A stretch of 64,000 nucleotides of DNA from an uncultured Mycoplasmatota bacterium (lineage in GTDB: Bacteria; Bacillota_I; Bacilli_A; RF39; UBA660), in the NCBI GenBank assembly GCA_947646095.1, contig CANSFI010000002.1, forward strand, positions 5,132 through 69,131. The letters are read 5' to 3'. Each line of letters begins with the position of its first letter. Within the stretch, counting starts at the first letter, position 1. The notes below the pieces were generated by a model. It made no database searches. It saw only the letters and a list, made by a program, of their open reading frames with translations, and was not told where the DNA came from. Below are positions 59,463 to 64,000 of this stretch, piece after piece. The translations under genes were made by a program, and so were the position numbers.

Positions 59463-60380
59463 TTGAAAAGAATAATATCATTTATAATAAGTTTATTAAT
59501 AATCGGTTTAATTGTATATTATCAAAAACCAATAACTAATTTTATTTTACAAGAATTTATTTATAAAAAAGAAATACCAGATTATAAAGTTAATAATTAT
59601 TATACAAATAACAATTATGACTATGTTAAATATTCCGATAATTTTTATCCAAATAACACTGATGATATTAAAAATGCCATTTATACTATACTAAATAGTG
59701 GTATGATATCATTTAATCTATTCTGTAGTGAAGAATATACTGATTGTATAAGTGATGTTGAAAAAATATCGACAGATGATTATGTTTTATCAAATATTAA
59801 TAATTTAATTCATCCATACAATAGTTATAACAAATTACATATAACTACTAATGCTTTAGGAAAAGTAAACATTAAAATTGATAAATTATATAGTGATTCA
59901 GAAATAGAAGAGATTAATACAAAATTAGAAAAAATAAAAAAAGAAATTATAGATAATAAAATGTCTACTAGAGATAAAATAAAGGCTTTTCATGATTATG
60001 TTATTAATAATACCGTTTATGACCAAAAAAGATCTGAAGAAATAAAACAAAATATTAATACTAAAAATACTAATGAATCTAATAAAGCTAATGGAGTTTT
60101 AAAAAATCATATTGCTTTATGTAGTGGATATACTGATTTAATGGCAATTTTTCTAAGTAGTATCGATGTCCCAAATTATAAAATTGCTAATAAAGATCAT
60201 GTATGGAATGCTGTATACTTAGATAATAATTGGTATCATTTAGATTTAACTTGGGATGATCCAATTACTTCTACTGGCGAAAACATGCTTATATATGATT
60301 TCTTTTTAATAACAACTGAACAACTTGAAAAACTAAATACCAATCAACATAAATATGATAAAACCGTTTATGGCTTTTAA
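59463..60380 (+). CDS. transglutaminase-like cysteine protease superfamily protein (membrane anchored)
   Basis: Cys-His-Asp arrangement ALCSGYTDLMAIF...HVWNAVYLDNNWYHLDLTWDD. Confidence 0.6.
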   Translation: MKRIISFIISLLIIGLIVYYQKPITNFILQEFIYKKEIPDYKVNNYYTNNNYDYVKYSDNFYPNNTDDIKNAIYTILNSGMISFNLFCSEEYTDCISDVEKISTDDYVLSNINNLIHPYNSYNKLHITTNALGKVNIKIDKLYSDSEIEEINTKLEKIKKEIIDNKMSTRDKIKAFHDYVINNTVYDQKRSEEIKQNINTKNTNESNKANGVLKNHIALCSGYTDLMAIFLSSIDVPNYKIANKDHVWNAVYLDNNWYHLDLTWDDPITSTGENMLIYDFFLITTEQLEKLNTNQHKYDKTVYGF

Positions 60381-61597
60381 TCCATAAGCGGTATTTTTAT
60401 AATAACAGTGGTCCCCTTTTGATATTCTGATTCATAAATTATTTTTCCATTATGAGCTTCAATAATTTCATATGAAAGTGATACTCCAAGACCAGTTCCT
60501 TTAGTTTTTGTTGTAAAAAATGGTTCTCTAATTTTTTCTAAATTTTCTTTAGTTATACCAATACCATTATCTTTAAAATAAATATATACATATTTATTGT
60601 CTATTTCAGTGTTTATAGAAATTACTCCATCTTTTTTATCTTCTAACGATTCAATACTATTTTTAACTATATTTATAACAACTTGTAATAATCTATTGTA
60701 ATCTCCATTAATATATATTTCATCATCTTCTTCATATTCTAATTTAATATTTTTTTCTTTAAGTAAAGTTCTTAAATTATCTAATGACTCTTCTAACAAT
60801 AGATTAATGTCTAAAATATCAACATCTAATTTAATTTTACTTACTGATAAAAAGTCTTGTAAAAGTAATAGAGTTCTATCTATTTCTTCTTTAATGATAG
60901 GAATATATTTACTACATTGTTCTTGATTTTTTGTATTAATCATATCTAAATAACCTTTACATACAGCTAAAGGATTTTTTATTTCATGAGTTATTTTAAA
61001 TAATGATACTCTTATTTGTTTTTCTTGTTCTAATTCTTTAAAATTCATATGATACTTTAAAATATCATCACCTTTTTTTAAAAGATAGATTACAAAAATC
61101 ATAACTAAATAACTAGGTAATAAATATAAAATAATATCAATAACTCTATTATTAAAAGTATTTATTATATACATAATTAGGTTTAAAAAAATAAAAATTG
61201 TTCCAAAAATATAGTCATTTATATTTATTATTTTTTTATTTTTTAAAATATATATTATAAAACAAATAATATATTCAATTATTAAAAAAGATAAACTTTG
61301 ATATTCATTAGAAATATAATAAAAAACAGCAATCACCGATAAGATTACTGCTTCTATTTTTCTTGTTTTTATATACGCTATAATAATAGGAATATTAATC
61401 AATAATATATTTCTTGTCTGTAAAAAATCATGGCCTAATCTAATTAATAAGTACATTTCAGAAAAAAGTGCTAAACCTAGAAATAAATCATTTTCTTGTT
61501 TCTCTATATTCCTATTATGTGCTACATATAATAAATATAAAAGTAATGGAAATGCGATAAAAATACTACTTAAAACAAAACTGTCAAAGTTATTCAT
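60377..61597 (-). CDS. membrane-embedded sensor histidine kinase (orphan; candidate sporulation kinase)
   Basis: 5-6 TM N-domain. H-box ITHEIKNPLAVCKGYLDM. HATPase_c (KDNGIGI, GTGLGVSL). No adjacent response regulator. Confidence 0.75.
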   Translation of the reverse strand: MNNFDSFVLSSIFIAFPLLLYLLYVAHNRNIEKQENDLFLGLALFSEMYLLIRLGHDFLQTRNILLINIPIIIAYIKTRKIEAVILSVIAVFYYISNEYQSLSFLIIEYIICFIIYILKNKKIININDYIFGTIFIFLNLIMYIINTFNNRVIDIILYLLPSYLVMIFVIYLLKKGDDILKYHMNFKELEQEKQIRVSLFKITHEIKNPLAVCKGYLDMINTKNQEQCSKYIPIIKEEIDRTLLLLQDFLSVSKIKLDVDILDINLLLEESLDNLRTLLKEKNIKLEYEEDDEIYINGDYNRLLQVVINIVKNSIESLEDKKDGVISINTEIDNKYVYIYFKDNGIGITKENLEKIREPFFTTKTKGTGLGVSLSYEIIEAHNGKIIYESEYQKGTTVIIKIPLMD

Positions 61598-61672
61598 TTA
61601 AATCACCACTATCATTATATAAAATATATTTGTCGAATTTTGTCGAAAAATGCAAAAAAAACAAATATTTTA

Positions 61673-61987
61673 TCACTTTAAGTCATCTATTTGTTTTTTT
61701 AGTTGAGCTGCATTTGAACCTATAATAATTTTTAACTGATTATCTATTTCAACCATTCCTTGTGCTCCTAATTTCTGAATTCCCTCTTTATTAACAATAC
61801 TAATATCATTTAAAGTTACCATAAATCTTGATTTATTTACCTCGTAATTAATAATATTGTCTTTACCACCTAAGTAATCAACTAGTTTATTTACTTCTAT
61901 CTTAAAATCTTTCTTTTTAGATCTAGTTATTGCCAAAGCAATAATAAGTAACACTACGCAAATTATAATATACTGTATATATTCCAT
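61673..61987 (-). CDS. membrane-anchored PTS EIIB-like domain protein lacking the phospho-Cys
   Basis: VDYLGGKDNIINYEVNKSRFMVTL...GAQGMVEIDNQLKIIIG aligns to the glucose-type EIIB motif GGKENI..HCATRLRF, with C replaced by E. Confidence 0.45.
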   Translation of the reverse strand: MEYIQYIIICVVLLIIALAITRSKKKDFKIEVNKLVDYLGGKDNIINYEVNKSRFMVTLNDISIVNKEGIQKLGAQGMVEIDNQLKIIIGSNAAQLKKQIDDLK

Positions 61988-62107
61988 ATTCTCACCTTTT
62001 CACATTAACTATTATACTATATTTTAAAAAAATTTCAAAATTTTAGCATATTTTTATACTTTTATTATATAAAATCATATATAGGGTAAAATAATAAAGG
62101 TGATTCT

Positions 62108-63229
62108 ATGGAAAAATCAAAGTATAAAGTTGAGTTGGGTTTAATTATATCATTATTACTAATGGCACTTATTTCTATTATAACTATTAAAAGTGCAATT
62201 AGTATTTTACCTAATTATATGAATAATTTAGTTTTTAAACAAATCATATGGTATTTGGTTGGTTTTTCTTTAGTTTTTCTTATTATGTATTTAGGAAATG
62301 ATTTTATATTTAAAAATATATGGTATATTTATGGATTTGGAATTCTTTCTCTAATTCTTTTATTGATATTTGCAAAACCAATAAATAATGCTAGGTGTTG
62401 GTTTTCGCTTCCTGGTATTGGAACTATTCAACCAAGTGAATTTATGAAAATAATTTTAATCATTGTTTTAGGTCATATGATTAATGATTTTAGAAAAAAT
62501 TATTCAAATCCAACTATTAAAGAAGAATTCATTTTTCTTGTAAAAGTTTTATTTGTAGTAGCAATTCCTAGCATTTTAACTTTTTTAGAACCTGATACTG
62601 GTGTCGTTTTGATTTATTTATTAATTACAACTATTATGTTATTTGTAGCTGGAATTAGATATAGGTGGTTTATTATTTTAATAAGTATTTTGTTTTTACT
62701 AATTGGATCTGTTTTAGCAATTTATTTTATTAATAATGATTTATTCGTAAATATTTTTGGAACTGATTTTTTTCTTAGAGTTGATAGATTATTAGATTGG
62801 TCTAACAAATCAGGTTTTCAATTAGAAAATGGTATGAGTGCGATTGGATCTGCTGGATTATTTGGGAATTTTAAGGTACCTGTATATTTTCCAGAAGCTC
62901 AAACTGATTTTATATTTGCTGTTTACTCTTCTACTTTTGGTTTTATTGGTTCAATTACTTTATTATGTATTTTAACTTATTTTGATTTAAAATTAATTAC
63001 TACAGCTATTAAAACCAAAGATATGACTGGTAAATATATAATTGCTGGAATTGTTGGTATGCTTATATATCAACAATTACAAAATATAGGTATGACTTTT
63101 GGGTTAATGCCTATTACAGGAATAACTTTACCTTTTATTAGTTATGGTGGATCTAGTTTGCTTAGTTATATGATTATGATAGGTATTATTTTTAATATTT
63201 CTAATAGTATTTTAAGATATAAAAATTAA
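62108..63229 (+). CDS. SEDS-family protein (FtsW/RodA/SpoVE)
   Basis: 10-TM, 373 aa, conserved C-terminal GGSSL...Y region. Confidence 0.8.
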   Translation: MEKSKYKVELGLIISLLLMALISIITIKSAISILPNYMNNLVFKQIIWYLVGFSLVFLIMYLGNDFIFKNIWYIYGFGILSLILLLIFAKPINNARCWFSLPGIGTIQPSEFMKIILIIVLGHMINDFRKNYSNPTIKEEFIFLVKVLFVVAIPSILTFLEPDTGVVLIYLLITTIMLFVAGIRYRWFIILISILFLLIGSVLAIYFINNDLFVNIFGTDFFLRVDRLLDWSNKSGFQLENGMSAIGSAGLFGNFKVPVYFPEAQTDFIFAVYSSTFGFIGSITLLCILTYFDLKLITTAIKTKDMTGKYIIAGIVGMLIYQQLQNIGMTFGLMPITGITLPFISYGGSSLLSYMIMIGIIFNISNSILRYKN

Positions 63230-63250
63230 TCCATGTTTTGGATTTTTTTA
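63228..63250 (+). terminator. intrinsic terminator
   Basis: AATCCA-tgttt-TGGATT followed by TTTTT. Confidence 0.5.
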
Positions 63251-63311
63251 TATTTTTTTTATTTATAAGGCAATCGCACTTTTTTTTTATCTATTCAATC
63301 ATATTATAATT

Positions 63312-63602
63312 ATGAAAGGGGGTATTATTATGAATTCTTGTGATAATTGTGGTGATAAATCAAGTAAAATTTATCATAATGCTTTAGCAAAAATTAAAGC
63401 AGATGAAAAACTTTGTCGTCCAACTACTAATTTCATTGGTATAACAGGTCCTACTGGACCTACTGGACCAATAGGGCCTACTGGACCTCAAGGTTTAATT
63501 GGTGCTACTGGTCCTACTGGGCCAGCACCTGGTTTAGCTATAGGTACTGTAACTACTGGTGCTCCTGGAACAGAGGCATCTGTAACTATTACTCCAGCCT
63601 AA
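63312..63602 (+). CDS. collagen-like (GXT-repeat) exosporium-type protein, BclA-like
   Basis: N-terminal Cys-containing segment then [29 protein letters not shown]... triple-helix repeats. Confidence 0.7.
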   Translation: MKGGIIMNSCDNCGDKSSKIYHNALAKIKADEKLCRPTTNFIGITGPTGPTGPIGPTGPQGLIGATGPTGPAPGLAIGTVTTGAPGTEASVTITPA

Positions 63603-63652
63603 AAAATAATAATTCAAAAATATAATTAAATTAGATTTTAAAGGAGATAAAA

Positions 63653-64000
63653 ATGAATCAAGATGTTACAGGTTATGTATTAGATTTTGTTATACCAGCT
63701 GGGGCTACTGGGCCTCAAGGTTTAACTGGTGAAACTGGACCTCAAGGCTTAGTTGGGGCTACTGGTCCTACTGGACCTCAAGGTTTGGCTGGAGCTACTG
63801 GTCCTACTGGACCTCAAGGCTTAGCTGGTGCTACTGGGCCTACTGGACCTCAAGGCTTAGTTGGGGCTACTGGTCCTACTGGACCTCAAGGTATAGATGG
63901 TGCTACTGGTCCTACTGGGCCTCAAGGTTTGGCTGGGGCTACTGGGCCTCAAGGTTTAACTGGTGAAACTGGACCAGCACCAACTTTAACTATAGGAACA
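63653..64000 (+). CDS. second collagen-like protein (5' part; runs off window end)
   Basis: Translation from ATG 63653 is [51 protein letters not shown]... still open at 64000. Confidence 0.7.
   Translation, partial: MNQDVTGYVLDFVIPAGATGPQGLTGETGPQGLVGATGPTGPQGLAGATGPTGPQGLAGATGPTGPQGLVGATGPTGPQGIDGATGPTGPQGLAGATGPQGLTGETGPAPTLTIGT
63700..63960 (+). repeat. 27-nt tandem DNA repeats encoding [11 protein letters not shown](A/V) collagen-like units
   Basis: Repeated ggtgctactggtcctactggacctcaaggcttagct units with minor variants. Confidence 0.8.

Noticed and set aside
1-64000. Search for CRISPR arrays, transposases, integrases, phage genes
   Set aside because: I found no direct-repeat/spacer arrays and no transposase- or integrase-like ORFs. 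The 12.5-21.3 kb island has no recognisable mobility gene or flanking direct repeats that I could see.

Overview
This is an AT-rich (roughly 25-30% GC) window from an endospore-forming low-GC Firmicute of Clostridia-like type, using the standard genetic code (TGA and TAA are both used as stops). Most of the window is a housekeeping and sporulation backbone, with an accessory island at about 12.5-21.3 kb.

Backbone genes and RNA features:
- Translation and tRNA: gatA (partial, running off the left edge) and gatC preceded by a T-box leader, two tandem tRNA-Asn(GTT) genes, leuS and valS each with a T-box leader, lepA, efp, rpmG, rpsT.
- Energy and metabolism: an Rnf operon (rnfC, a fused rnfD-rnfG, rnfE, rnfA, and a short rnfB-like gene), pyk, a GH31 glycosidase, tmk, hemW, sodA, nfo, a small alarmone synthetase.
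- Sporulation and envelope: spoIVA, an intact sigK, spoIIP, gpr, an FtsW/SpoVE-family gene, a PBP, a SpoVID/SipL-like LysM protein, CotS-like kinase-fold proteins, and collagen-like BclA-type exosporium genes at the right edge.
- Other: lonA, rnhB, two two-component systems.

I found no transposase, integrase, phage genes or CRISPR array.

The most unusual content is:
- Two paralogous genes for very large secreted Cys-rich proteins of unrecognisable family, each behind a consensus sigma-A promoter. The second copy is split by one in-frame TAA. They sit in an island that also carries a RelB/DinJ-YafQ toxin-antitoxin pair whose toxin has an amber codon at position 2, and a two-component system.
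- A dispersed four-member family of type IV pilin-like genes (prepilin N-terminus fused to Big_2/Ig-like domains), each inserted as a solo gene between housekeeping genes. One lies inside the rnf operon between rnfA and a truncated rnfB-like gene. No pilus assembly machinery is in the window.
- Two homopolymer frameshifts (in pyk and in one pilin-like gene) that may be real disruptions or assembly errors.
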